64,000 nt of DNA, taken from assembly GCA_028534125.1 (NCBI GenBank), contig CM052816.1, positions 86,554,001-86,618,000 of the forward strand, given 5' to 3'. Source of the DNA: Lama glama. Lineage: Eukaryota. The position numbers and the translations under genes are program-made. Shown one piece after another: positions 50,641 to 64,000 of this stretch. The stretch's first letter is position 1. Every line of letters starts with the position of its first letter. The notes under the pieces are model-generated. The model had not been told where the DNA came from. It saw only the letters and a list, made by a program, of their open reading frames with translations, and did not search any database.

Positions 50641-53600
50641 GCGCTAGGGAAAATCTGTATGTAGGTAATCGTTTATATGTATACATACATAGACACGTAC
50701 ACACACATGGTTGCTGCTATCTTGGTGTTGTTAATAGGTGTTGTTAATAAGAGAACCTTGAGCATGGATAAAACTTGGCTTTAATCTCTTCTTTTAGGCA
50801 TTACCTATGGACATAGTTTCTGTTTTGATTTCTCACCCACAGAATGACAACACTCAGAATCTCTTCTAAGCCACAGAATAACACACTGTCTCAAAAGCAT
50901 TAATAAACACATCAAATTTCACAGAAGGTTTTCTCAGATATATGCAGAAGAAGATTTACATCTTATATTCACAATAAATAATTTAAATCCTCTGCTGGAA
51001 TTTTTTCTTCTCCCATGTCCCCAGGTTATTATTAAATTATGTCCTGATTTCCTGGAACTGTCTTGATTTGTTCTAGTTTTTGACAACAATTACTGAGTAT
51101 CCTCTTCTAGTGTCCTAACTTAGCCTTAAAAATTATATGTTTACTCTACTATGCCTGGGTCAAATAACCATAAAGGCAAAAAGGAGAAGATGGGAAGGTG
51201 ACTCTTTGAACTGGGCTGACTGGAATTTCCTTTCATTCCTTTTCCACCTCTGTATTTCATACTTTAATTTATAGAAGATCTTTCTTTTTAACTGCCTTGA
51301 GTTTGACCAACACTCAGTTCCTAAGTGCAATGTCCTACCACGAGAAGACATATTAAAATCTATTTTCAACTTAAGTATGAATCCCTCAGAAGGGATTCTC
51401 ATACCTATTGTTAAAACTTAACAAAATCTCTTCAAATATTAAAAGAGAGAATGGGCAAGAAAGAGAAGGATGTTTTAGGCCAACAAAAAGAAAAAAGGAA
51501 AATGAACTACTGATAAAGTTACATAATTAAAAATTTTTAAAATGTGGAGGTGGGTTTTTTAATTTACTGAAGAAATTTTTCCAGGACAAAAGGACAAATA
51601 CTTCTACTATGAAGGGAGAAAATAGTGCCCAGGTGGTGCAAAACAACACATCAGTTTTGGGGGCAGAAACTGAAGACAGATCATTTGGACTGCTTTCTCT
51701 TCGAAGGAGGCAAATTTTCCTGTAGATAGCAAATGTGTAAGCCTTATTTTGAAACAGACACTATGAGATGTAAGGGGCAGCTGACTGGCGATACTGTGGA
51801 TTGCCAGCTGATGTTCCTGCCAAAGCGAGAAAGTAGATAACAAACATAAACTATCAAGACACAGAATTGTTTAATTTGTTCAATATTCTAGGTACTTTAA
51901 GATCAGGGTTCTTTTGCTAACTCTACTGTGATGTAGAATTTTATATGTCTTCCTAAAATTAGTTAAATTTGCATCAAAATCACGAAGAACGGGTGAATAG
52001 AATTTGAATTGCAGGCTATACTTTCAATAACTGTAATGGTGACCATTCTCAAAAGTTCAGTTGTGGGGCTGTGCACATCACCCTTTTAGAATCCTCAGAG
52101 CAGACGCCATGGTTTGAAAGGTGCCTTGCACAAGGTGTACTCTGCATAAAAACACTGTCCAAGTAACTAGGCCACCTCCTTCACTTGTTTTCACTCTTTT
52201 CCATTGTTTGCTTCTATGTCAGCACTTAACAGTCTGGCCTTTAACTTGCTTCTCAGTTCTGGCTTTCCCATTCCCTTATTCAGGGCACTGTAAGGGGTCT
52301 GTTTGTTGACACCCATCACTAATTATTGTCCCCTTCAAGGCTGCTCCTGGCTCATGACTGTTACTGCTATGTCAGAGCAGGTTCACGTGTGTCCACTTTT
52401 GCCAGCATCTACATCAGATAATCAATCCACCATGTTTCCTTTGGGATTCTATTACATGGCTTTTGTTCTCACTCAAATTCACCCTATCATAAGAAATGAG
52501 TGAAAAAATAAAAACTCAATGAAATATATATGCTACAGTGTATTATGTAGACTTATGAAAATAATGCATATTTGTATTGCTTGTTTATTAGTGAAAACAA
52601 ATTCTCTATATGCTATGATTTCTAAAATAAGATTGATGAAAAACAAACATAGGAATTTGTCTCTCTTTTTCAGCATCCTTTCAGGGTATAGTGTAACTTT
52701 CACTCTCCTTTGAGAATTGACTTTCATGAATTAAACTAAAGCCTCCTTGAACAAGATAAAAACATTTCTAGCATTAAAAATTCTCTCACTCATCATGTGT
52801 GAAATTTCATCATTCCTTAGTCTTATTGATAATTTTAATTTATTAATTTTCCATGTATTTCAACCAAATAACCAATAAAATTCAAAATAATTGTCATGCT
52901 ACTAAAATGATCCTTTATTAAATTACTTATTAAAGGATAATATAGAATCATTTGTATCAACAGTGATTTTTTTTTACAAAATAGTAATATTCTAAAAATA
53001 CAAATTTGTCATCAAAAGTGTTATCTCAAGAACAACATGGTAGAATGAATTAAAATCCTGGCTACTGAGTAAGTATTTAAACTGAAAACACAAAACTCAT
53101 CTTAGAAGAAAAATACAGTTATCTTTGGTTTTGTCACAATTACATACAGGAACAAAACTACTTCTCCATTGACTAGATAAAATATTTTCCTCTAAACCAT
53201 CTTATAATATACATTGAGGCATTATTCAATTACCAACATACAGTAAATTAGCTGTTGATAAAATATAGGATATTAATTCTTTCCATTATATATTTTAGTA
53301 ATACCACTTCACATCACCATTTTCACTCTAGGAAGCACAAATCTTAGTTTAGCATCCCAGGCAAAAATAATCTTTATTTAAGCAGCATTCTTCAAGTTCT
53401 TAATTTTATTTGATTTGAAAAACATAATATTGGTTGTGAGCAAGACTCATCAACTTTAGATAGCCAGAGGTATCCTTATGACCTAGAAGTACTATTTAAC
53501 ACAGAGAACATGTAATAGTATCTACATGAAGATTTTTTTTTCACTAAATTCACACATTTTAGAATTTTGATTTTTAGTTTTCCATCAAATATGCTGTGTG

Positions 53601-55979
53601 GAAAAAATTAATAGAGTATAGCTAAAATAAATCTTTACAGTGACCTATTCTTGTTTCATTGTCTGTTTTCCAGATTCTCTTGTATCCAGATCTGTGGGTT
53701 CAGTTCTGGTCTGCGAGGGGGTGCTCCTTTCCTGTTTTCAACCCCGTAGTTTTATAATTTTAGGTTTGTGGTAAAAGTTTGCCTCTTGTTCCTTAAACCT
53801 TCTAAAGGATTCTACAATATATAAAGTATCAGGTTACAAATCTGTAACTACTCTTAAGACAATGAGATCTGTGAGGGCAAGTGATATGTCACATTTATCT
53901 GGTTTTCCCAATAAACGACTTTGTCTCTGGAGTTGAAGCTACTTCTGTTTCAACATGTTTTTTAAAAATAGATGTATAGTTCATTTTTTTGCATGTTTTA
54001 GCCAGCCTTCCTGCTTTGCAAACCCATTTAGTGCTCTCTCTAGTAGATATCTATCTTTAAATGAAAATTTTAAAGCTTTATTAATTCTAAAACAATGATT
54101 TTCTGCAAATAAGGCAAGTTCACATATTTTCAAGTCACCTTTTATATTTAAAATAGCTCTTGACTAACATTTTTATGTTTAGAATTTACACACTTATTAG
54201 ACATAATGATATTATTCTTTCTTACTTTGGCTTAGAGATATCAGATATTAACTAGCATGGATGGATTATCTTTTCAAAATGTAGGAGGGCCTTTCTACCA
54301 TTTACCACATAGTAAAATTATTATTGGTAATAGTAAAATAACATACAAGATTCATCTGTAAATCATATCTCTTCACAAACCAAAAATAAATCCACACTAG
54401 TTTTCTAAAAAGTTAATTTCTTAAGAGTTTTAGAAAATATTATGAAAAATATAAAATGTCATTGGAAATATATTGTTAATCACACATTTGTTTCAGAATA
54501 CCTAGATAAATATATATATGTTTTATACATATACATGAGAAAAAGTAAAATGAGTCTTTTCATTTTAGGATCTTAATTTATCTTCTTTAACTCAATCACT
54601 AACATGGATTAAAGCCTAATTGATTTGGTTTTTCTACATTTTTACCTAACATATTTGATTTTTATTCCAATCATTTGAGATTGCTACAATACACAATAAA
54701 AAACTGCTCAGTTGACAGCTAAAGAATAGGTTTGAAGCAAAAATATATGCATAAATATAACTGAAAATGAAAGGAATCAGTATTCAAAAACAGGACCTGT
54801 CAAGCAATTCTCTGTAACGATTCCAATCAAGTACAGTCCCTTAAATATTCCATTTAAAGTATACTTTGCTATTATAAAACACTTGCATAAAATAAGAACT
54901 AGAATTCCATGTACAGTTCATGACATTTTTTATTCATGATAATCCTATCATTTCTTCACGCTATTTCAAATGCCATTACCATAATCCTTTAAATATTTTT
55001 TGCCTTCAGCTTCTTATAATATCTTGGTATACCAAGTGAAGAACATTTCAAACAAAAGGACATTTTCCACTTTATGATTTGATGAGAAACTGAGTTTCAA
55101 ATAGATTCTCCTGATGTATTCATGTATTTTCCTACTTTAGAATTATATAATGTATTAAACTTTCTTCTCTTTTAAATGTGAATTTTGAATGACAATATTT
55201 TTATCATATCTCAACACAAATTCTCTTCTAAACTAGCTGACATTATTATTCCTTTATTTCAAACTTTGATTTCCCACTCTTTTATTTGCTAAATGGCATT
55301 TATATGCTTTGATCCTTTTTTACCTATTAATGAAGGACTTACTCTTTTAATTTATCATCTTTCACCCAGATCTTCCACTTCATTATTATTCCATTTTCTC
55401 TAATCTCTTTATCTCTGAATAAGCTCTGTTTTCCCTTGCTTATGTTTTCAAAATGACATCAGACACACACATTTTGTGGTAATGCCTAGAGAAATATTGT
55501 AGTTAGTACAAATTCTTTGGGTGAAATTCCTATTATCATCAAAAATATTTAGCAGCTATTCTTGAATAACTAGTCATTTCAATTTAAAACAGATCCAACA
55601 AAAGCATAATTTAATCTTTTCTTTCTGTATTGAAAGATTTTCTACCGATTTAGCTTGATTTATACATAAAAATAGTTGATAAAGGTTCTTGTTTGTGTAT
55701 AATGTAAATAAAACATACACAGAGAATGAGAGATTGATAAATAGATATATATATATAATGTATATTAAACTAGGTACCAGTACCATATATAAAATGGTGT
55801 CATTTGCAATAAGCTTATGCATTTAACTATTAAAATAGCTTGACAGATTCAGCTTTCTCCTTACAAGTTAATATCACTATTGGCAGAATGTCTACATTTT
55901 AACATATTTATAAAATAGATATCATAATTTATCTTGATTTTTTTATATTTGTGGCAATTTTTACTTATTTATAAATTAT

Positions 55980-57010
55980 GAAGAATGATAATCATATTGG
56001 AGTAAATAGTTACCCTACAGATGAAATTATTAAACATAGGAGAAATAGTAAAAAGGAAATAGAAAAATATCAAACTTTACTACTAAAACCAATAATTATT
56101 TCTCTAAAAATACCAACAATACAAGGAAACTTTGACAAGTGTGATGAAGGTTCAAATATGGAACACACAAATAAACCCATTAAAATAATAACTTCATAAA
56201 CTGGGTAGGTTCATATACACACAAACAAAGAAATGCATTTGAAATACAATATAAATTCAATAATTTGAATGAAACATAATTTGATAAAATTAACTGAAGA
56301 AGTGACTGAAAATTTGAATTGTCCATAATGTCATTATAGGAATTAAAAGATATTGCCAGCCATGTCTCTTTTAAAATTCACTGAGTTCATCTGTTTTCAT
56401 ACACATTGTTTTTAAGTACAGTGAAAGATAAGATATTCCGCAGACACTTCAAAAATCAATATAACTAAAAAGAAAAAAAGCAAAAGAAAGTAAAAGATAT
56501 TACTAGAATCTTTCATCTCTCTTATGAATAGATGTGGAAAAATCTACACAAAGTGACAGAAAAATCACACCCAGCTAAGTACTTGGTTTGTTAAGGCTAG
56601 TCATTATTTCAGCTCCATATATTATTCTCAGCAGATGACAAAAAGTTGATTAAATTTCAAAATCTATTCATGAATAAAAACTTAGAAACCTAAAAATAGA
56701 AGATACATTTCATAGATTTGCATTCCTAGGAATAGAATAAATCTACAGAAATATTATAAAGATAAAACTTTCCATTAAAGTCAAAAAGATGAACAAGTCT
56801 CACTTTGTACTATGTCTATTACTGAACAGTTTGCTGACAGTTGTAGACTACATTATAAGTGAAAAATAAATAAAATCATAAATGATGAAGAAAGCAACAC
56901 TAACCAGGATTTTTCTGAATATATCATTATGCAACTTTAGCATACAAGGCAATAGACTGCAAAGTATTAGACTTAATAGTAAAGTTTATATAGATGTCCA
57001 ATATAAAACG
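55980..57010 (+). mobile_element. Ancient L1 (L1M) ORF2 remnant
   Basis: Degenerate RT-region phrases: cttatgaatagatg, ctcagcagatgacaaaaag...aaatttcaaaatctattcatg, actttccattaaagtca, tattagacttaatag. Confidence 0.6.
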
Positions 57011-58039
57011 TAACTCTTCTAACTGCATTATCTAAATGAAAGGAAGCAAATCATGTTCCCTCCCAAGAATGCTGCTATATGAAGAGATGTATGTGATTCA
57101 TAGATCAAAATCTTATAGTCAGCAAAATCTTTTTATGAAAGATTTTCTTTAAATGAAACAATTGGTTCCTATTTTTTTTTTCACAAAAAGAAGAAAAATG
57201 AAAAATGTATGAAACGAACAATTACAGATTGAATGAAGGGCTAAAGCCCACGTCCACTTCAGTGCCTAGTGTTGTAGAGGTACCAGCTTCTTCTGTGCAG
57301 CTAGCACACATTTTCTCTATGAATAGACTTTACTACAGCTTCCCCAAATAATATATAGACAATAATGTAATAGTAAAGTACCCTATCTTCCAGAGAAAGA
57401 TAAACTTTCTAGTTTATTGAATTTTCTAGTTTATTGAATAGTTTTGTAATTTTGCATCACAACCTTTTAGTTAATTAAAATAAAAGAGAAAACATTAAAG
57501 ATAAATTCAAAATGTCCTTTCCTGTCCTCCAGCCTCAAGCTGTCCTCTCTGTCCTGGATAGATAGATGGAGAGACAGATAGATGGGCAGACATTCCTTGC
57601 TCTTTTATTCTTTGTTTAAAAAAAAAAAAAACTTAGGAGAGGGGGATTATATTCGGGAGTATTTTCGCAGTTCAATCCATATACTTTTAAAAATTACTGC
57701 ACTAAAATATTATTATGGTGGAGAGAAGCCTAAGAAAGTTTCCTTGTGAAAGTACTGTCAGCAGTAATCAATATGATTACTAAAAAAGATCCTGGTTTGG
57801 TAAAGCAGAAAACCTAAAAATTATTCCTTTATCTAACAGAAGAAAAACCCTATGCTAAAATATTCTTACTTTTAAAGTAGGGTTTGTAATCTGTATATTC
57901 AAGCTCTAAATATCCTGTTTCATTCTTTAGCATTCAATGAAACAAGATATACTTCATCGTCGTGCTGCTTTTATAATAAACTTTGATTTTTAATCTGAAC
58001 ATTAGCTATCACTTGGGTGACCTAACAAAATAAGGCAGA

Positions 58040-58158
58040 CAGTGAACCAAACTGCCAGATTTTGTTTTAATTTATCCGGGTATAGATCTAGGCATTTATG
58101 TTATATTAAATAATTCACTAGATAATTCAAGTGTACAGACAGGTTTGAGAACTGCCTA
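58040..58158. mobile_element. MER5-like hAT MITE fragment
   Basis: agataattcaagtgtacagacaggtttgagaactgc terminal motif. Confidence 0.5.
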
Positions 58159-58489
58159 GAATCAAAATCAAATTGCCAGGTTTGGTATTTGAAATTAACA
58201 TTTATTAGATAAGATTTTCTATGTATTACTCAAACTCGAGGGAAACCTATCTGTTAACTGGAATTTCGGTGAGTGTATTAAAAAAAGCAGATGTGAGTTA
58301 AGGTCTCTGCAAAACTCTCAATTTGTATATAATTACAGAAACATAAAAGAACATCATATAAGGGAGCTGCTCAGTGAAAAATAAAACTCATCATTTTGTT
58401 AAAACATTATTATAATGGATGATTTTAAAATCTTTGTCATGTAGTTCAACATCTGTATTTAACTCAGACTGAGCATCACTTGATTTTTA

Positions 58490-59433
58490 GTTGTGGTTTT
58501 ATCTGGTTCTAGGTATAATGTGTGATTCTTGATTGTTATTATTTTGGATATTGTGTTAGGATACTGGTGATCCTATCTGAATCTTTTATTTCAACAGGCA
58601 TTGGCTCTGTTCAAGTTGAGCATGTAGGTTCTGGCCTAATTTGTAAACTGTAGTTCCATTGACATCTTAGCTTGCTCAGATCTTGCAGTGCTGGTCTTGT
58701 CTTTATTCTTCTGGCTCCAGGAGAGCTCCGTCTCTGCCTCTGCCAGTGATGCCCACTGGGGCAGAAGGCACTGCCTGGGGACCCCCCATGTTGCTGGTTA
58801 GGTGGTGAGGAAGCTGGACAGAGAATGTTTCCTCTGGCCTGTTCACCACATACCTGGTACCATCAGCTTCCAGTTTATCTTTCTTTGCTGGTGGTGTTAT
58901 GGTAAGGAAATACCTGTCTGGGTAGCCTTCTGCCACTTGGTGAGAATCAGAAAGTCCTGAGACTAGTTTGCCTTCCGCTCGTGGGTGGAAGACGACCATG
59001 AAATACATGACTTCTTGGAGCCCTGATGTGGTCAGATCAATTCTGTAGGTGTCGGAGGTGTTGGGTGATGGATGGGTCTGTCTGTCTGTCCGGCTCACTG
59101 GTGCTGTCACTACCACTGGGTGTGAATCAGGTGATGAATCTCCCTACTACGTCTCTACTGAGCTTATTCTTTCCTAGTCTTTTGGTCAGAAAGCAGGTTT
59201 CTCTGAATGTGTGTGTTTGTTTCCTATGACTCCTGGAAGTTCTGGGTAAACTACAGCTCGGGAACTCACCGAAGTGTACTTCTACAAGACTTAAGGACCC
59301 TAGCCAACCTATCTTCTTTCTACCTATCAGAATACTTTTATGATTGTTAAATGATCTCCAGAGTATCCTGTTGTATTCAGAGGCTAGAAGAAGACAAGAG
59401 CGAATCTATGCCATCTAATCTGGGACTAGAAGT
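58490..59433 (-). mobile_element. Old L1 (L1MC/L1MD-type) 5'UTR, antisense
   Basis: gggaactcacc...ttctttctacctatcaga...ttgtattcag...tctatgccatct...agaagt resembles the reverse complement of an old L1 5' end. Confidence 0.6.
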
Positions 59434-60228
59434 ACAGAAATTAGAAACTTTTTAATAAGTGGAACTGCTGTCAAAATTAGTTCTTTTAATAATTAGTATA
59501 GCTAGAGAGGAGAAAAAATCTGTATTAATAATAAAATGTATACTTTTGTACAATTGTCTCTATACTTTATTGTCAACAAAATAGTAGAAATCCATAGCCC
59601 CAACAAAATTTTGACTTGAATTTCTCCTTTTCTATTTTCTCAATCTTGGATCAAATATCAAGTGATCATTTGAAAGTTTTCAGGCTTTTTCCCATGGGTT
59701 CTGTTAATTTCAACCACAAGGATACCTCTCTCTTTCTCTTTTCCTTTTAATATGCTCTACTTCCCTCTTACCAGATTTATTTTTATTTAGTAATATTATT
59801 GGCTTCCATTCTATTCCATTCCATTTATTTCTTACATCTTATTAATTATAACATCTTGTATTATAACATTGATTATTGAAAACTATAAATATTCTATAAT
59901 AGATTCCAACTTAAAATTAAAAAGTAAATGATCATCTGTTATGATATAATTGAATCAACTAATTTAAAATTAGCTAATAATCAAAATACTGAGAAAATGA
60001 TTCCTAAACTAAATAACTCAGGACATTGTTTTACTATTAAATATGACCTGCAATAGTAACTATAATTAGGGTAGCCATAGAAACATAAAAGTAAACCCAA
60101 GCCCATATCCATCTATTTGATATGATCCAGTAGAAGTATATCATAAGGTCAAAGGTATTCAGACTCATTACCTAAATTTATTCAACAAGTTTTCTATTTG
60201 TTAGAATTTGAGAAACTTTGGAAAACAT

Positions 60229-60270
60229 GAAGTAACAAATAATTAAACAGAAGTAACAAATAATTAAACA
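60229..60270. repeat. Perfect 21-bp tandem duplication
   Basis: GAAGTAACAAATAATTAAACA x2. Confidence 0.95.
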
Positions 60271-61080
60271 GTGCACATATTAAGCAAATATAAAATGTAG
60301 ATTTGTATAGTTTTCCAGTCAGCTATTCTTGGGCAACTTGTTCAAGTATTTAAATTAAAAAAAATTTTTTTTTCAATTCACATAGAGAGAATTTTAGAAT
60401 ATATTTTAAGTTATTTTATGACTATTCAAAATATTTCTACATTATAGTAAAATTTAGTGAGTGTGCATGACTCAACAATTATAGTTTTCTTTCAGAGGCA
60501 TATGGTACATAAATAAAAAACATAACATATGTGTGGGACTACTGTTTATTGCTGCACAGAATAAGGTACAAATAGTATTCTCCTAAGAATTTTTAAGTGT
60601 GGCTAAATCTAAACTCAGCTATCGTGAACTACTCAATAATGAAGCTCTAATCTGCAATATGTTTCCTTACTTCTCCATACCTCTCTTATAAAGAAATGTC
60701 TCAGCTACGTAAGGATTTCTAGGATCCAACAGTAGTGATAGTCCTTGATAATGAGATAATATACATTAGCTCTTTAGACATTATACTGGAGATCAATCCT
60801 GATTCTTAAAAAGCGTTTCTCAATAGAATGATTAAATAGTTTAAATACAATTCATGTAGAGTTTTACACTTTTCATAATATATTTTAGATAATCAATTTA
60901 TGCTCTAGGGAAAATTGATAATTACACTTACGTTAAAATTAAAGAAATTAAAGTTTTCAAGAGAATTAGAAGAAAATAGCAAACTTAATTGCATCTCTTT
61001 ATGATGAACTAAAATTAAATATCGAGTTAGAGTGTCAGAAAATTGACTATTTACGTAGACAGTTGATGCATTCCTGTCAC

Positions 61081-61199
61081 TGTACAGAATAGAGAAAAAT
61101 TTGCTAATAACAATAAAAGACTAAAGTGCACATTAATTGTACAGAATAGAGAAAAATTTGCTAATAACAATAAAAGACTAAAGTGCACATTAATTGTAC
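61081..61199. repeat. Perfect 57-bp tandem duplication
   Basis: 61081-61137 is identical to 61138-61194, followed by TGTAC microhomology. Confidence 0.97.
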
Positions 61200-62189
61200 T
61201 ATACTTGGTATTCTCGGTTATTCTAGAACCGAGCTGTATTTGACATTTCATCAAGTTTTTCATTCCGCAAAAGCAATGATACTAGTACTAAGAATAGAGA
61301 ACAGATGACAAGTTTTGAAGAGAAACTTGAACTTACTAAAAATATTGTAATACTAAAATAAATGTGCTTTGGATAGAAATACATGTTTTAAATATAAAAA
61401 TCAATATTTGCCTCATTGAAAAATTTATGAGGTGTTAATTTTCATTTTACAAATAAAAATGATCCTATTTATTATTAGTAATTACTATTTAACTTTGTTT
61501 TGAAAGTTTCACTATGTAATAATAGACTAGCTATGATGGATTAAGGAGTATCAAAGTACTTTACTGATTGAGAATAAATTTAAAGTCATAGAAAATATAT
61601 AAAACAATTGTTTTCAGAATTTGGACAGCAGCAGCCCTCGTCTATGATTCTGAGGATAAGTTACATATTTAAAGTGTACTTCACAGAGGTCTGGATGTTG
61701 CACAAAGCTGGGAGACAACCAACCAGCCAGAATGAAGACACCTCACTGAACACTCTAGGAATTCAGTTCAGTCTCAAGAATGGCCCTGCTTTAGTCATAA
61801 GAATACTCTATTCATACAGTGGGAGTTACTCAAGACAGGCCTACTGAAGACAAATCCAGGAACCCAAAGATCAAGCTGACTTGCCAGTGAAACTAGAGCA
61901 AAAATCAATACTAAGTCTATACCCTAAACAGTATAGTATCCACAGTCTCCAGTGTACAATAGAAAGGACTAAATACATGTAGACATAGCAACATGTGTTC
62001 CATAACCAAAGGGGAAAATTCACAGATGATGATGTTATATAATTATAAAAGAAGAAAAAAAAAGGTTTAAAACAAACATTTAACAAAGAGAATGAACATA
62101 ATGAGTGGAAGGATTGACAATCCTAACAGAAAAATGAAAATTATTAAGACCAAAAAGGAATAAAATGAAAATTCTATAACTGAGAGAGA

Positions 62190-62764
62190 GAGGTTCTCAA
62201 GAAAGGTTCAGTGTGATGTGCGATTTGCCAAAGCACACACAGACACACACATACGCATTCAAACAGCTGCCTCTTGAGAGGGCTTTTTATACTGATATTT
62301 AGAGCAAAAAAGTGATGAAAATTTTAAAAGAAGGATTTAAAGAGATGGGTATTTCTCCAGTTACAGAACTTGAATTTCAGAGATCACATTGGACAGTCCT
62401 GAGGGTGGAATGTCAGAGAGGGATGAGAATTAGTGTCAGAAAGAGACATGTGCAAAGCCACTTGATGTGAATGTCCTGTGGGATGCAGACCACTTCAGTG
62501 ATTAAGGGCAACATGGATGTAGGGCATAATGTGATTTTTCCTGGTAGTGCTTTAGAAAAAGTTGATAACTGGCCTCCTTTTGGTGACAGCCTTTGAGCAA
62601 TGGTAATAGTGAAGGAGGGAGATTTCGGTGAGGAGAGTGCAAGAGAGTCTCATCAGAAGCACAAACTCTACAGGGGGTTCTTTTATATCTTGCAGGGAGC
62701 AGTTTTTACACTGGACTGTGAAGCGTCTGCTGTAGCCATTTTATTCTAGTCAGTGTTTGTTTCA
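62190..62764 (-). mobile_element. Probable ERV LTR remnant
   Basis: Minus strand starts TGAAAC; plus ggctttttatac gives a minus-strand TATA; gccattttattc near the end; family not identified. Confidence 0.35.
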
Positions 62765-62806
62765 GAAAATAGGAATGTATTTTTTATACTTTAAGAATTG
62801 ATAAAT

Positions 62807-63063
62807 CTTGCAATATTTCAATTTTTTCGTTATTATTATATTTGTTATGATGATCTGTGGTCAGTGACCTTTGATGTTACCATTGCAAAAAGATTCTGAC
62901 TCTCTGAAGGCCCAGATAATGTTTAGTATTTTTTAGCAATAAAGTATTTTTAATTAAGGTATGTATATTATTTTTCAGTCTTAAAATCATCACACACTTA
63001 ATAGACTACAGTATAGTGTCAATATAACTTTAACATGCACTGAGAAACCAAACATTTTTATGA
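62807..63063 (+). mobile_element. Tigger1a-type internally deleted Tigger1 (artiodactyl Tigger1a_Art-like)
   Basis: Tigger1 left part (tgatctgtggtcagtgacctttgatgttac) joined directly to the right part (caaaaagattctgactctctgaagg...cacacttaatagactacagtatagtg). Confidence 0.8.
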
Positions 63064-63609
63064 TTTTTGAAAATCATATTATGCCTTCCCTCTTGGAACT
63101 TTGTTCTAATCTTATTTTATACCTCAATTTTGTTCACTGATTTTATTTAATTCTTAATTCTGTTTTAAATTTATTTTTCCCTCTTTTTCTCTTCTTTCTT
63201 TTTGTCTCACTTTGACACAATTTCAACTCTCCCTGTTACTGTTTCTGAGAGTCACACCTTCTTGTTCTTTATTAAGAATGCTAAATCTTTTCATAGATCA
63301 TTTGTATTTTACTCAACAATATATTACTTTGAGATCTACATCATTGATCTGACTCTCCTAAATATATTACCCCCTTGTCTGGTTCTAAAGGTATCCTTAA
63401 AGACCACATGATAATTTATCTTTTCTCATTCTGGAATTAGGATAGGACTATCTACAGTGTTTTCAAGAGTGAGGCTGAGTTATTTGAACAGCTTCATCCC
63501 ACTGTCTCTATTTTTTTCTTAATCATTATATATTTAACTCTGCAATGGGAGAACAGGGTGATGCTTATTTATCAACTTGATTACAATTCCCAAATCTCAG
63601 ATGGACTTT

Positions 63610-63972
63610 TATCATAGGCTGAGTGGATTAACCAACAAACATTTACTTACTTACAGTTCTGAAGACTGGAAATTCCAAGATCAAGGTCCCTCAGGATTTG
63701 ATTTCTGTTGGAGTCTGTCTTCTTGGCTTTCAGAGGGTTGTCTTCTCACTGTGTTCTCACATGGGGAAGAGGAAGAAAAGAGAAACTCTCTTTTTTTCTT
63801 TCTCTTTTCTTCTTTGTCTAAGGTCACAGTTCTATAAAGGTAGGGCCCACCCTTATGAACTCATTTAACTTCAATTATCTCTTAAGAATCCTTTCTCTAG
63901 CTAAAGTGACCTTGAGGGTGAAGACATCAACATATAAACTTTGGTGAGGGGTACATAATTCAGTCCACAATA
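63610..63972 (-). mobile_element. MLT1B-like MaLR LTR
   Basis: acagttctgaagactggaaattccaagatcaagg...tagggcccacccttatgaactcatttaac...acataattcagtccaca. Confidence 0.85.
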
Positions 63973-64000
63973 GGGTCTCAGGATCAAAAAGTGATAGAGG

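Noticed and set aside
53710..53724. CTCF-like CTGCGAGGGGGTGC
   Set aside because: Mismatches at key core positions; cannot be supported from sequence alone
58703..59116. 137-aa minus-strand ORF
   Set aside because: Lies inside an old L1 5'UTR remnant; no recognisable domain
61081..61199. Direct repeats as a CRISPR-like array
   Set aside because: Only two adjacent copies with no spacers, in mammalian DNA

Overview
Eukaryotic (mammalian) AT-rich, repeat-dominated sequence, most likely a camelid. The lineage call rests on two vic-1-type tRNA-derived SINEs and artiodactyl-type L1 and Tigger1a elements, recognised from recalled consensus sequences. It looks like a gene desert or a very large intron, and I found no intact host protein-coding exon. 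Contents: a near full-length but inactivated L1 (42466 to the gap at 49125) carrying an internal inversion-plus-deletion at the ORF1/ORF2 boundary; many older L1/L2/HAL1/MIR fragments; MaLR/ERV LTRs (several with visible TSDs); an ERVL dUTPase fragment; hAT and Tigger DNA transposon fossils; and two 500-N assembly gaps. The non-repeat highlights are a heavily decayed ankyrin-repeat coding relic resembling ANKRD61 (~34697-35400), a tRNA-Phe(GAA) pseudogene whose acceptor stem changed symmetrically (27945-28015, minus), a CpG-retaining promoter/first-exon-like island (28.5-29.1 kb), candidate non-coding minus-strand exons, a perfect 22-bp D-box palindrome and a pair of mutually exclusive hairpins. 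Repeat subfamily names come from memory and need RepeatMasker/Dfam confirmation. I found no convincing novel multi-gene system.
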